DNA of 20,000 bases. Origin: Spongospora subterranea f. sp. subterranea (lineage: Eukaryota). The notes beneath the pieces were generated by a model. That model saw only the letters and a program-made list of their open reading frames with translations, made no database searches and was not told the origin of the DNA. The position numbers and the translations under genes are program-made. The stretch's first letter is position 1. The number at the start of each line of letters is the position of its first letter. The stretch lies in the NCBI GenBank assembly GCA_049724395.1, contig JAUGWO010000064.1, positions 237,615-257,614 on the forward strand, read 5' to 3'. Of the stretch, positions 1 to 10,662 are shown piece by piece.

Positions 1-900
1 AATTGCGTGTGCGGGCTGGTTGAACAAACCTGAACCCAATGATTTCCCTTGCAAACGAGGCAGCCGCCGTCTGGTGGTGCCCGATTTTCATATCTCCTCC
101 GAATAGCGTCGGGAATCCTATGAGGGGTGTCAGAGACCTTATCGTTTTGGGGGACTTTTGCAGTTGTGATCGGCATCGAACTGCTGCTAAACTGTACCGG
201 CTTATTGCTGTTTGGCATCGCCGGTTTCGAATCGATTGGACTAAAATACTTTTCCTGGTGCTCCGCCTCTTTCAGAATCTGGTCGAAGAAGAGTCCTTGA
301 TCCTTATTCGCGGTGAAGAAATCCTTGTTATATTGGATTATTCTTTTCCCTCGGCACGTACTGCATGGGGGCTGATCCCTTCGATCAGGTACAGTACTTG
401 CACTTCATTGTTTCTCGGCGTAGGCTGATTCGAGCGGAAATTCTTTAATGAGGCGGTCGAAACAATCGAACATATCAAGAACCCGCAATTCGATTGACAG
501 ATTCATGATTATCTCCTCTTGATCCTCTCCTCGAAGACCGCCTTATCGTTTATAGTCACCAAATCCCAGAACCACTGAAATTGAGACACAAACCGCTGAT
601 GGAGACCGTTTAACGTTTTCTGAATCATCTGCTGTTGATGGTGGCCATTTGTCAGAAACCTGATCAATCTCATCAAGGAAGACGTAGTACTTTGCGGTGG
701 GTGGACCCTTGTCCAGACGCGCAACGCAATGGCTTTTTAATGATGACGCTGTGAACTCGAAGGTCCCTTGTAAATAATGCCGATGGATCCTCTCAATGCG
801 TTTGAACATGACGAATCGTCACTATTTTATGACGGTGCAATGGAACAATCTCTGTCGGCATGCTCTTGCAAATGATCTTTATTGGTTGACGGAGTCGCGA
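1..900 (-). mobile_element. gag: Degraded Ty3/Gypsy gag (element A), continues beyond the left window edge
   Basis: Manual minus-strand translation across frameshifts gives IIMNLSIELRVLDMFDCFDRLIKEFPLES, VQVLYLIEGISPHAVRAE, KRIIQYNKDFFTANKDQGLFFDQILKEAEHQEKYF and RAPPDGGCLVCKGNHWVQVC (knuckle at 24-62). The PPxxGCLxCxGxHW pattern resembles gag of oomycete-type Gypsy elements from memory. The knuckle-bearing frame is not in the ORF track, and the 5' boundary is approximate. Confidence 0.75.
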
Positions 901-3024
901 TTGAAGAATTGTGGGAAACATCATCGGAGACGGTTCGAATGCGTGAGTTTTGACCCAGCTGGGAGTTGAATGGCAGAATGAACAAACAAAGGATTTTGAG
1001 TGAAATCTGCAACTTGAGTATGCGATTGCCATACAATGGTACGTTGTTCCTGGTCAGAGAGCAGGGCAAGTCGTTTTCAAAATCGTGTCATCAATTCAAT
1101 GTAAAACCTGGGAATCCGAGAACGGATTGGTGACCATTGATCTAGGCGGAAATTGCCCTGGGTTTAATACTAGAGAGATGTGCTGTCAGGATCCATTTCA
1201 ATTGCCATACTGTACCGACCGAGAAACTTTACCAGCCGGTCACGAAAAAAAAGCTTTATCGAGACTGTGCAATGAGGTTTTTCAAATACACAGCCCCCAT
1301 TGAGACACACAGCGCCTTCAAAAAGGTAAAATATTTTAGGAGGATCCGCCTAGGCCTGTAAAGTTATAATCGCGTATAGAGTGGCCAGCATCAATCAGAT
1401 TCTCTAAACACATCATCAATTTTATTGTGTTGGATACGAGATTACAATATCCGCGAGGATTGGAATTCTCCATCACGTACAGAAATTAACAGATACATTC
1501 CCCTCTCCGGCAATGTGTTCAATCGCGAAAGTTAGTGATCAGTTTGAGATGGCGCCGCTTCAAACGATCATTTCAGGTACGGCTATCGTGGAGAGGGTCG
1601 GGCGGGAGATCAAAGAATGAATACGATATTGTGGTCCACCAAAATTACACGAACATGGTATATCGATTATAGAGTAATGAAGCCTAGTTGAGCGTCTTCG
1701 ACATGGGTGTGGCTTGTGGTTAATTGTCAGGATGAGAGGGAACTTACTGGAATTATTCGACTAATTTGAGGCCGATGGCGGATAGTATGTGATAGGAACC
1801 TTCGCTATACGTTGCTCAGCATTCTGCCCCACAACAATGGTAGTGTGAGGTTGGGATGACCCGACTCACTATCCCTCTTGATTTGATTGTCAAGTTGTTC
1901 GTGCAGATGAGACCCCCCAATACTTCACGAATAATCAGGCACCCCGATGCCTTAATGGTTATTGACCCAACACATTAGCTCGGACCGAAACCGTTCTCAC
2001 AGGGAATATTCTCATTAAGAATTGATTGGTCATCATGACGTGATATCAATCTGATACTTCTCTAAAGTTTTCCTCATAATTTGACTCGCATTCACAAAAA
2101 CATTGTTGTGAACTGCCCTTCGAAGCTGGCGTTGCGGTCTGATACACGAATTTGCAACGGGGGCTCTAATGTTTGAGATGATCATTTTCCAAAAATCCAG
2201 CTTTGAAGGCCATACAGAACTGTTTCGGCCTTCGGGTATTTCATTCTTATGCGAATGAGCAGGATTATCGAGTCAGCCCTGATCTTCAATTTTTCAATTG
2301 GCTCATTGGCATCGCTAGATAAGCGGCGACGTTAGATGTCACAAATCTGTATTTTGCAGGTACAATGCTGTTGAATGTGGAGGAATCCATGATGAGATCT
2401 TTTGAGGTTCCTGCACCCAAGATGGACATCAGACCAAAGCAGAATAAACACTAGAAAGGGCAACAGATCAGAACGAAACCCACCATGTGCCATTAAAATA
2501 CAGCGAACAGTTTATTTTCGGTGGAATAGGCAATAGCAATCCCAAACAAAACAATACAAGAGCACAACAGGTTGCATCCAGCGAAACGCGAGAAGAAGAA
2601 CGGTAATGCAACAAATGGTTATGGGCATCTTTAATATTTGTCTCATTTGGGACACCACGAATTGCCAAAGGGACACTAAAAATGCATATTAACGGACGCT
2701 CATGGATATTGCGCATGGTGGATATTCAGGTTATGTGTTGTTGGCGATAAAACCTTAAGGGTTCTCCACATCGTACCTATTCAGATCATACCCGATAACC
2801 TGGATCAGTTTTTTGTTAAAGGGCCGTGTGTGTGCTTCGCTTGGGGATTATAGACGTCGATCATCGCATTGATAGCTTGACGACACGGTGATGGGGATTC
2901 GACTTCTCATTTCTCCAAATTCAAATAAAATCGAATCAATTTTCATTGTCAACAAGCCCCATATGCTGTTAATTACAGAACAGGTGTTTCAATATGAAGT
3001 TATTGGAGCTTCTTTGAAATCGTT

Positions 3025-3070
3025 TGTTCTGATATATGCACCCGAATTGTTCTGATATTTGCACCCGAAT
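3025..3070. repeat. 23-bp tandem duplication
   Basis: TGTTCTGATATATGCACCCGAAT followed by TGTTCTGATATTTGCACCCGAAT (1 mismatch). Confidence 0.9.
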
Positions 3071-3312
3071 AGTTCATTGGCTTGGTTGATTCTGTTTTAT
3101 CGGCCATAGACCGCTCTTTGTATTAGGTCAACAGTGACTCAGCGATCTGTCAAAACGTCGAACATCGCTGCTCGGATGAACTGATTTTTAGGTGTGTCGA
3201 GCCCGGATATCCCGATGCCTGCGTTGACAGCGTTCAAGGAATGACATGGATTTGTTGATCAATTTATAGTGGAATGGATAGATCGCCTCTGGAACCCCCA
3301 AGATTTCATCTA

Positions 3313-3467
3313 TGTTAGGATCTCGCCGAATGGAAAGAGACGATTGAAGTGGCAACAGCGAATGTGTATTAGGAGTAACACTGAGTCAGATGATTATGTC
3401 AAATCATCTGACAGCCAAACGTCCAGGAAGCAATGATGATTCACACCGGAAAAGCGATATCTTGACA
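3313..3467 (-). repeat. Putative 3' LTR of element B (~155 bp)
   Basis: Starts TGTCAAGATATC on the minus strand directly after the PPT. The other end TGTTAGGATCTC (plus, 3313) is a 9/12 inverted match, giving TG...CA termini. Contains AATACA on the minus strand. No second copy is present to confirm the left boundary. Confidence 0.7.
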
Positions 3468-3480
3468 TTACCCCCCTCCT
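3468..3480 (-). other. Polypurine tract of element B
   Basis: Minus strand AGGAGGGGGGTAA immediately before TGTCAAG and downstream of the chromodomain. Confidence 0.85.
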
Positions 3481-3514
3481 ATAGACAAGCGGATGCCAGA
3501 CGCTTGACCAGGAA

Positions 3515-3750
3515 TCATATGGATAACCTTAGGGACAGCTGCATCCTCGGGGCGAACGTGACGCGGCGCTGGGTCGAAGGCATCAGGAGAGAGGACGGAT
3601 GGTTCAACTTGATCAGGGACATCTTGAGAGATTGTGGAAGCGGCTCCCAAGAACGGTCGGAGGGACCGTAACCAGTCCAATCGATCAAATATTGTAGCTT
3701 CCGCCGAAAATATCGTGAGTCCAGAATGGCTTTCACCTGGTAATGAGGAT
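3515..3750 (-). pseudogene. Integrase C-terminal chromodomain of element B
   Basis: [34 protein letters not shown] matches the group I chromodomain motif (Y.V..I...R...YLV.W.GY....SWEP). Confidence 0.92.
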
Positions 3751-5933
3751 TTGTCGGCTGAAGCTTAGTTGCGACCCGGAAAAGGGTTTGCCATGAATGG
3801 GGAGATCAGGGAGACATGGAATACCGCATGGACTCTCATTGACCCTGGAAGAAGGAGGTCAACTGCAGAGTCATCGATAAGCCGACGGATGGGAAAGGGA
3901 CCAAGCCAGCGCGAACCGAGTTTTTGGCAAGGTCGAGCCGTCCGAATATTGGCTGCGGGAAGCCAGACTTGTTGACCGACGACGTACGATGTAGGAAACT
4001 GAGCGGGAACGACCAGCGAAATGCTTGTACGTTGCCTGAGCCGATTTCAACTTCTGTCGTAGCCATTGATGTAAATCCTTGACGTTGGATATGTAGGATT
4101 CGGCGCGAGGAACTTGAGAGGTGGTGGGGACCGACGGGTCGAAACATGGATGGTAGCCCTACAAGGCGAAGAAGGGGGAGACACCCAGGGCGGTATGGAC
4201 GGAATATTGTAGGAAAACTTGGCTTGAGGGAGCAACGACGTCCAATTACCCTAGTGAAAAACAGCGAAGGTATTGCTGCACGATCTGATTGCAACGCTCC
4301 GCCTGACCATATCTCTGAAAATGATAGCCCGAGGTCAGGGATACGTCCACTGCATCGAGAAGTTCGCGCGTGCGTTTCCAGAATTTGGAAATACATTGTG
4401 GACCACGTTCTGATATTATCTGTTCGGGACATCCGTGTAGGCGAATTACATGATCGAACAGAAGTAGGGCCGTGGTTTCGGCAGTAGGAGGGCCAGAACA
4501 AGCCACGAAGTGAACCATCTTTGTAAAACGGTCAACAATTGTAAGAGAGGAAGGTCCGTAATAAAATCGATGCCGATAGAGGCGAACGGTCGATCGGGAA
4601 TACCAAATGGTTTCAGCAATCCTGCCGGTTGCTTTCGCGAGTCCTTGGCGCGGGAACAGATCTCACAAGAGCTGATGAACGATGCAACGGAGCTGTTGAG
4701 CTTGGGCCACCAGTAATGTCGAGCGATGGGGGCGGCTGTGCGGGCCCTGCCAAAATGACCACCGACAGGGGAGTCGTGGCACCTCTGGAGTATGATTAGT
4801 CGTAGTTGATCTGTATCTGGGACATAAATACGGTGACTGTAGAGGAGGACGCCGCCAGAGAGTGACATCTTGGTGCCGAGCAATTGGGAATTGGCGATGA
4901 AAGGCTTGGCGAAGTCGTCCTTCAACGTGTCAGTCCGGATGCGCTCGTAAAGCGAGATATCGAGCTGGACTTGTGGAGAACAGACGAGCGAGGGAAGTTA
5001 TCTTCTGAAAACAAGTGCGGCTCGACCTGAGATATCGGTGTCGGAGATGATCGTAAGTCGCAACGGCGGGATAGCGCATCAGCTTTGGTGTTCCGATCGC
5101 CAGACCGGTAGTGAAATCGGAATTGAAAACGACTGAAGAATTGGGCCCAGCGTGTTTGACGGTTCGATAAGGTTTTCATAGTGAAAAAGTACTTTGAGGC
5201 TCTCATGATCGGTGTAAACTACGACAGTATGTGCTGCTGCACCTTCAAGGAACTGCCGCCACTCTTGAAACGCTGACTTAATCGCGAGCAACTCTTTATC
5301 CCTGGTATCGACTCTCGATTCTGCGTTCTTCAATGTTCTTTAATAGAAACAGCAAGGGTGGAATCGGCCCAGATGATCGTGTTGTGAAAGAATCGCCCCG
5401 ATCGCGAATCCAGATGCGTCGGTTTCCGCTATGAACGGCAGGGTGGACGAGAATTGGAGCGAAGGGGAAAGCGTCCTTCAGCTTCTCGAATGCGCTTTGC
5501 GTGTCGTCGTTCCATTCAAACCGAATACCTTTACGGATTAATCGGGTGAGCGGGCTCGTGACCTTCGAGGAATTGTCCACGAACCGGCGGTAAGAGTTGG
5601 CGAACCCAAGAAATCACTGGATCTCTTTGACGGAACGAGGAGCCGGCCAATCAAGCACCGCTCGCACTTTGGATTTGTCCATCGAGATGCCAGCTGGGGA
5701 GATGATGTGGCCAAGGAATTCTGTAGAGTGAACGCTGAATTCGCACTTCTTCAGTTTGGCACAGAGGGAGTAATCTCGCAGGATCTGTAACACCATGCGA
5801 ACGTGATCGTGATGGGTTTGTGGGGACTGTAACACCTTGCGAACGTGATCGCGATGGGTTTGTGGGGACTCGGAATATATCAGAATGTCGTCTAGATAAA
5901 TAACGACGAAATCGTTCAGATATTCTTTTGAAA
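3751..5933 (-). pseudogene. pol: pol remnant of element B: RT C-half, RNase H and integrase, frameshifted
   Basis: [128 protein letters not shown]. Confidence 0.95.
5785..5868. repeat. 42-bp in-frame tandem duplication inside RT
   Basis: CTGTAACACC(A/T)TGCGAACGTGATCG(T/C)GATGGGTTTGTGGGGA twice, encoding SPQTHRDHVRKVLQ then SPQTHHDHVRMVLQ on the minus strand. Confidence 0.95.
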
Positions 5934-7800
5934 AAGGGACTCGGATGGAACCGGGAAGTGAAGGGACTCGGATGGGACCGGGAAGTGAAGGGACTCGGAT
6001 GGGACCGGGAAGTGAAGGGACTCGGATAGAACCGGGAAGTGAAGGGACTCGGATGGAACCGGGAAGTGAAGGGACTCGGATAGAACCGGGAAGTGAAGGG
6101 ACTCGGATGGGACCGGGAAGTGAAGGGACTCGGATAGAACCGGGAAGTGAAGGGACTCGGATGGAACCGGGAAGTGAAGGGACTCGGATAGAACCGGGAA
6201 GTGAAGGGACTCGGATCGGAGAACCGGGAAGTGAAGGGACTCGGATAGAACCGGGAAGTGAAGGGACTCGGATAGAACCGGAAAGTGAAGGGACTCGGAT
6301 AGAACCGGGAAGTGAAGGGACTCGGATAGAACCGGGAAGTGAAGGGACTCGGATAGAACCGGATATCTGAAGTGAAGGGACTCGGATGGAACCGGGAAGT
6401 GAAGGGACTCGGATAGAACCGGGAAGTGAAGGGACTCGGATAGAACCGGGAAGTGAAGGGACTCTAGAACCGGGAAGTGGATAGAACCGGGAAGTGAAGG
6501 GACTCGGATAGAACCGGAAAGTGAAGGGACTCGGATAGAACCGGGAGGTGAAGGGACTCGGATAGAACCGGGAAGTGAAGGGACTCGGATAGAACCGGGA
6601 AGTGAAGGGACTCGGATGGAACCGGGAGGTGAAGGGACTTGGATAGAACCGGGAAGTGAAGGGACTCGGATAGAACCGGGAAGTGAAGGGACTCGGATAG
6701 AACCGGGAAGTGAGGGAGGGAACGGGAAGTGAAGGGACTCGGATAGAACCGGGAAGTGAAGGGACTCGGATAGAACCGGGAAGTGAAGGGACCGGATAGA
6801 ACCGGGAAGTGAAGGGACTCGGATAGAACCGGGAAGTGAAGGGACTCGGATAGAACCGGGAAGTGAAGGGACTCGGATGGAACCGGGAAGTGAGGGACTC
6901 GGATAGAACCGGGAAGTGAAGGGGACCGGGAAGTGAAGGGACTCGGATAGAACCGGGAAGTGAAGGGACTCGGATAGAACCGGGAAGTGAAGGGACTCGG
7001 GAACCGGGAGGTGAAGGGACTCGGATAGAACCGGGAAGTGAAGGGACTTGGATAGAACCGGGAAGTGAAGGGACTCGGACTAGAACCGGGAAGTGAAGGG
7101 ACTCGGATGGGACCGGGAAGTGAAGGGACTCGGATAGAACCGGGAAGTGAAGGGACTCGGATAGAACCGGGAAGTGAAGGGACTCGGATAGAACCGGGAA
7201 GTGAAGGGACTCGGATAGAACCGGGAAGTGAAGGGACTCGGATAGAACCGGAAAGTGAAGGGACTCGGATAGAACCGGGAGGTGAAGGGACTCGGATAGA
7301 ACCGGAAAGTGAAGGGACTCGGATGGGACCGGGAAGTGAAGGGACTCGGATAGAACCGGGAAGTGAAGGGACTCGGATAGAACCGGGCAGTGAAGGGACT
7401 CGGATAGAACCGGGAAGTGAAGGGACTCGGATGGGACCGGATAGAACCGGGAAGTGAAGGGACTCGGATAGAACCGGGAAGTGAAGGGACTCGGATGAAC
7501 TTGGAAGTGAAGGGACTCGGATGGAACCGGGAAGTGAAGGGACTCGGATAGAACCGGGAAGTGAAGGGACTCGGATAGAACCGGGAAGTGAAGGGACTCG
7601 GATAGAACCGGGAAGTGAAGGGACTCGGATAGAACCGGGAAGTGAAGGGACTCGGATAGAACCGGGAAGTGAAGGGACTCGGATAGAACCGGGAAGTGAA
7701 GGGACTCGGATGGAACCGGGAAGTGAAGGGACTCGGATAGAACCGGGAAGTGAAGGGACTCGGATGGAACCGGGAAGTGAAGGGACTCGGATGGGAACGG
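5934..7800. repeat. 27-bp minisatellite, about 69 copies
   Basis: Consensus GAACCGGGAAGTGAAGGGACTCGGATA with ATAG/ATGG/ATGGG variants and scattered partial units. Reads IRVPSLPGS on minus and EPGSEGTRI on plus. Copy number is length divided by 27. Confidence 0.98.
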
Positions 7801-7852
7801 AAACTGGAGAAGATCGGATGGGACAGGGGGAGGGGTTTGGAGATTGAGATGT

Positions 7853-7891
7853 ACCCGCCGCGCCTAGTGGCGACAGGGTGGCCCGTTTCCC
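7853..7891 (-). promoter_or_regulatory. gag-pol -1 ribosomal frameshift signal
   Basis: Slippery heptamer G GGA AAC (7891-7885) in the gag frame just before the gag stop, a 5-nt spacer, then hairpin ACCCTGTCGC-CACTAGGC-GCGGCGGGT. The -1 frame is open (GKRATLSPLG...). Confidence 0.75.
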
Positions 7892-8533
7892 GACCGGGCT
7901 GGTCGGATGGGACACGACGGCAGCTGATGTTCTCCACCACAGTATAGGCATAACCCATTCTCGCGGCGACGGTTTTTTTCCTCGTCAGTCAAACTTCCGT
8001 TGTGGTGCCGAGACTCGCGTAATATGGCGGTATCGATGATCATAGGTACTGGTGTTGCGTCGTGATGTTGGGTTGCTGGCACGAAAAGGGAGGTCGTCGA
8101 TGCGAAAAATGGCCAGCGCGTACTCGTCACTTCAGGTCGCGTTCCCGTAGTCGTATGTCGATTGCGATACATTTTGCGATGAACGCGTCCAATTCCTCGG
8201 CAGCCTCCACATGTGTGAGTTCGTCGAGAATAACATCGGTGAGGCCCGCGCGGAACCAGTGTGCCTGAGACCGCGAATCAAAATCGGTGTCGATGGCGAT
8301 CTCTCTGAATTCCGCGGCGTAGATGGCCACTGATCGGCTTGATTGTCGGAACGTTGAGAGGTTCGTTGCTGCGGTGCGCGTCTGGTTGGGGTCCCCGAAT
8401 ATTCCCACTAGAGCCCGCTCGAATGCTTGCCAGTTGTTCAGTATGGCGTCATGGGTTTCCAGATATGGAGTTACCCAATCAATCTAGAACCGCGTCCTTC
8501 AAGAGCGATGATACAAAGCCCACTTTGGCTTGA
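7864..8533 (-). pseudogene. gag: gag of element B: capsid C-part and CCHC zinc knuckle, N-terminus missing
   Basis: QAKVGFVSSLLKDAVLDW, FGDPNQTRTAATNLSTFRQSSRSVAIYAAEFREIA, PMIID, LTDEEKNRRRENGLCLYCGGEHQLPSCP. A 4-bp AATC duplication at 8477-8484 shifts the frame. Confidence 0.92.
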
Positions 8534-8534
8534 T

Positions 8535-8648
8535 ATCTACACGACAACTTAATAAACCACTAGCACGTGGAATCCAATTGAGGTTTCCCTCAGTTGGATC
8601 AATGTCGTTCAAGCTAATACGCACGTAATCGTTGCTTGTTCTATAACA
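8535..8648 (+). repeat. 3' part of the 5' LTR of element C
   Basis: Ends ...TTCTATAACA (CA terminus) just upstream of gag. Contains TAATAAA and AATAC motifs and a 10-nt segment complementary to the sequence right after the LTR. Confidence 0.65.
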
Positions 8649-8650
8649 GT

Positions 8651-8660
8651 TTGATCCAAC
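8651..8660 (+). promoter_or_regulatory. Self-priming primer-binding site
   Basis: TTGATCCAAC, 2 nt after the LTR end, is the perfect reverse complement of GTTGGATCAA at 8593-8602. No TGG tRNA-type PBS is present. Confidence 0.7.
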
Positions 8661-10375
8661 CTGCACAACCTCGCCCCCTCGTTATGACCGGCGCGAAGAG
8701 CAGACCACTGACCAGGGCGTGGTCCAAACCCACCTCACCCATGGCCATGTCTCCGAAGGAATCGACACTCAAACCAAACGATCAAACATTACAAGCCTTT
8801 CAACTGCAGGCTGCACTGCTTGAACTGAGAATGCTTCACGATTCACAAGGTCAGACGAAATTTGATGGGGGGCAACTTATTCCCAGACCCCCCCCTGATT
8901 TCGATGGGAATTCAATCGAATTGTCCATCTGGCTATGCCAAATGGAAAACTTCCTCACCGTGCACAGTAATACCTTCTCAACGGGCCGCTCAAAGGTGGC
9001 ATTGTACCTCTCCCTTTTGCAGGGTGACGAATTGTTCTGGGCGACACCATTTCAAGAAGAACGAAGCATCAATCGAAGATGAGACACATTTCCTACACCA
9101 TCTAAGGAACATGTTTGAAGACTCTTTCAAAAGCAAGAACGCCAGTGGTGGCCTTCGAGGACTTCACCACGCCCGCTTGATCAGTACTTTTATGTGGTTA
9201 TTCTAACAAGTTCCGAAATCTAGCCAAAGACGCTGATTGGCCGGAAAAATTATTGATCGATGAATACAGGGAAGGGTTGCCCGATAGAATTGACACTGTG
9301 CTGACAACACTAGAAGGGACAGGCCTGACGTTCGTGTCGCTTGACGAAGTAATCCGAAAAGCTTCAGAATTCGATGCTCACCTAACCTCACGACGGAAAG
9401 CTCAACAACATTTCACAGAAGTTACTACAGAAAAACACCCACTAAACAACAGTAACAGTTCAAACTACTCGTCGTTAAACATGGTGCCATGTGAGTTCAA
9501 TGTAGCCGGCCACACTATCAATCAGGAAGTTTTTGATTGATACGGGAGCGGGCTCTTGTTTCATGAGCTTCCCATTTGCCAATCGACACTCAATACCCTG
9601 GAAAACAAACGATCGACCCCGGCGTTTGACGGATTTGCAACAACAACGACTACTCATCGTACTGGACCGATTCCATTCCGCACCGGGGACCACTGGTGCT
9701 CTGTTGATCTCGTACCTCAGATATCGTATGATGTCTATCTTAGGTTTTAACTGGTTGGCAAAGCACAACCCCCGCACCGATTGGCGATCTGTCCAAATTC
9801 AAGTCGGGAACTGCAAAAAAGAAAGAAATCCCAAACCCTCAGACAGCCGTGATGCTAATAACGGTCGAGACAAATATTCCACAAGCGTGTATACCAACCG
9901 GATCAACAGATACAGTTCGACTTCCACCAGAGTTAAAGGATTTCGCAGAGGTATTCATGAAGAAAAACGCAGACCAGTTTCCCGCTCACGCGCTTACGAC
10001 TTGTCCCATTGACCTTATGCTAGCACACCACCTTTTGGCCCGATCTACCTATTATCCAAACCAGAACGAGAGGGTCTCCACAATTACATTTCCGAGAATT
10101 TGACAAAAGGGTTTATTCGCAAATCAAAGTCCTCTTGCAGTTCTCCAGTCATGTATGGAACACTGAGGCTGTGCGATGACTACCGTCGCCTCAACGCAAT
10201 GACAAAGAAAAACAGATATCCATTACCTCGAATCGACTTCATCCTACACCAGGCCAGTCGAGGAAAAATCTTTTCAAAAATTGACCTACGATGCGCGAAT
10301 AATTTAGTGAGAAGTAAGGCAGGAGACGAATGGAAGACCGCATTTCGCACACAGTATGGGCTCTACGAATATCTA

Positions 10376-10662
10376 CCGTCTTCCCCGAATTCAACGCTTA
10401 GGCGTTGAATTATGGGTTTACGGTACCAACTTTGAGCGCACAGCTTCCAAATCGTGGTACTCGAATATAACACTAGGCGCTTTATTCGAGTCCTACAATG
10501 GTTGGGAATTCTGTTACGGCGTTGACAACGAACCCGAATACAGCGCCTAGGCGTTGTATTCAAATAGGCGTTGTATTCGGGTTTTACATGCAACTTCCTA
10601 ATTGTGCGGATTTTGAGTAAACTCGAATAGAACGCCTAGGCGCACTACTCGGGGGAAGACGG
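10376..10662. mobile_element. 287-bp Tc1/mariner (pogo-like) MITE inserted in the RT of element C
   Basis: TA at 10374-75 and 10663-64. Termini CCGTCTTCCCCGA and TCGGGGGAAGACGG, with imperfect inverted similarity over about 40 bp. It splits the conserved RT motif YGLYEYL|VMPFGL. Confidence 0.93.

Larger units (their letters stand above)
3313..8533 (-). mobile_element. Chromovirus-type Ty3/Gypsy LTR retrotransposon (element B), 5'-truncated and non-functional
   Basis: Minus-strand order is gag (8533-7864), minisatellite, RT C-half (YLDD at 5887-5898), RNase H (DKELLAIKSAFQEWRQFLEG), integrase (HDSPVGGHFG...CEIC), chromodomain, PPT, LTR. Many frameshifts. Confidence 0.95.

Noticed and set aside
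39..428. Plus-strand 129-aa ORF, and other antisense ORFs over the TEs and ankyrin gene
   Set aside because: Shadow ORFs opposite sequence with recognisable motifs on the other strand.
1211..1481. Candidate 5' LTR of element A (TGTAC...GTACA)
   Set aside because: Only a 5-bp inverted match, with no second copy or clear PBS in the window.
1500..3300. Possible exon remnants of a host gene
   Set aside because: Some intron-like signals are present, but no consistent frame or recognisable domain.
5934..7800. CRISPR array or telomeric tract
   Set aside because: Units are head-to-tail with no unique spacers and no cas genes. The array is internal and continuous with pol sequence.
5945..7958. Long repetitive ORFs (EPGSEGTRI, IRVPSLPGS, YPSPFTSRF) as real genes
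   Set aside because: They are by-products of a stop-poor 27-bp unit that is open in several frames.
3308..8539. ATCTA at 3308-3312 and 8535-8539 as a TSD of element B
   Set aside because: The right copy borders a broken gag, not an LTR, so it cannot be an integrase TSD. A 5-mer match is expected by chance.
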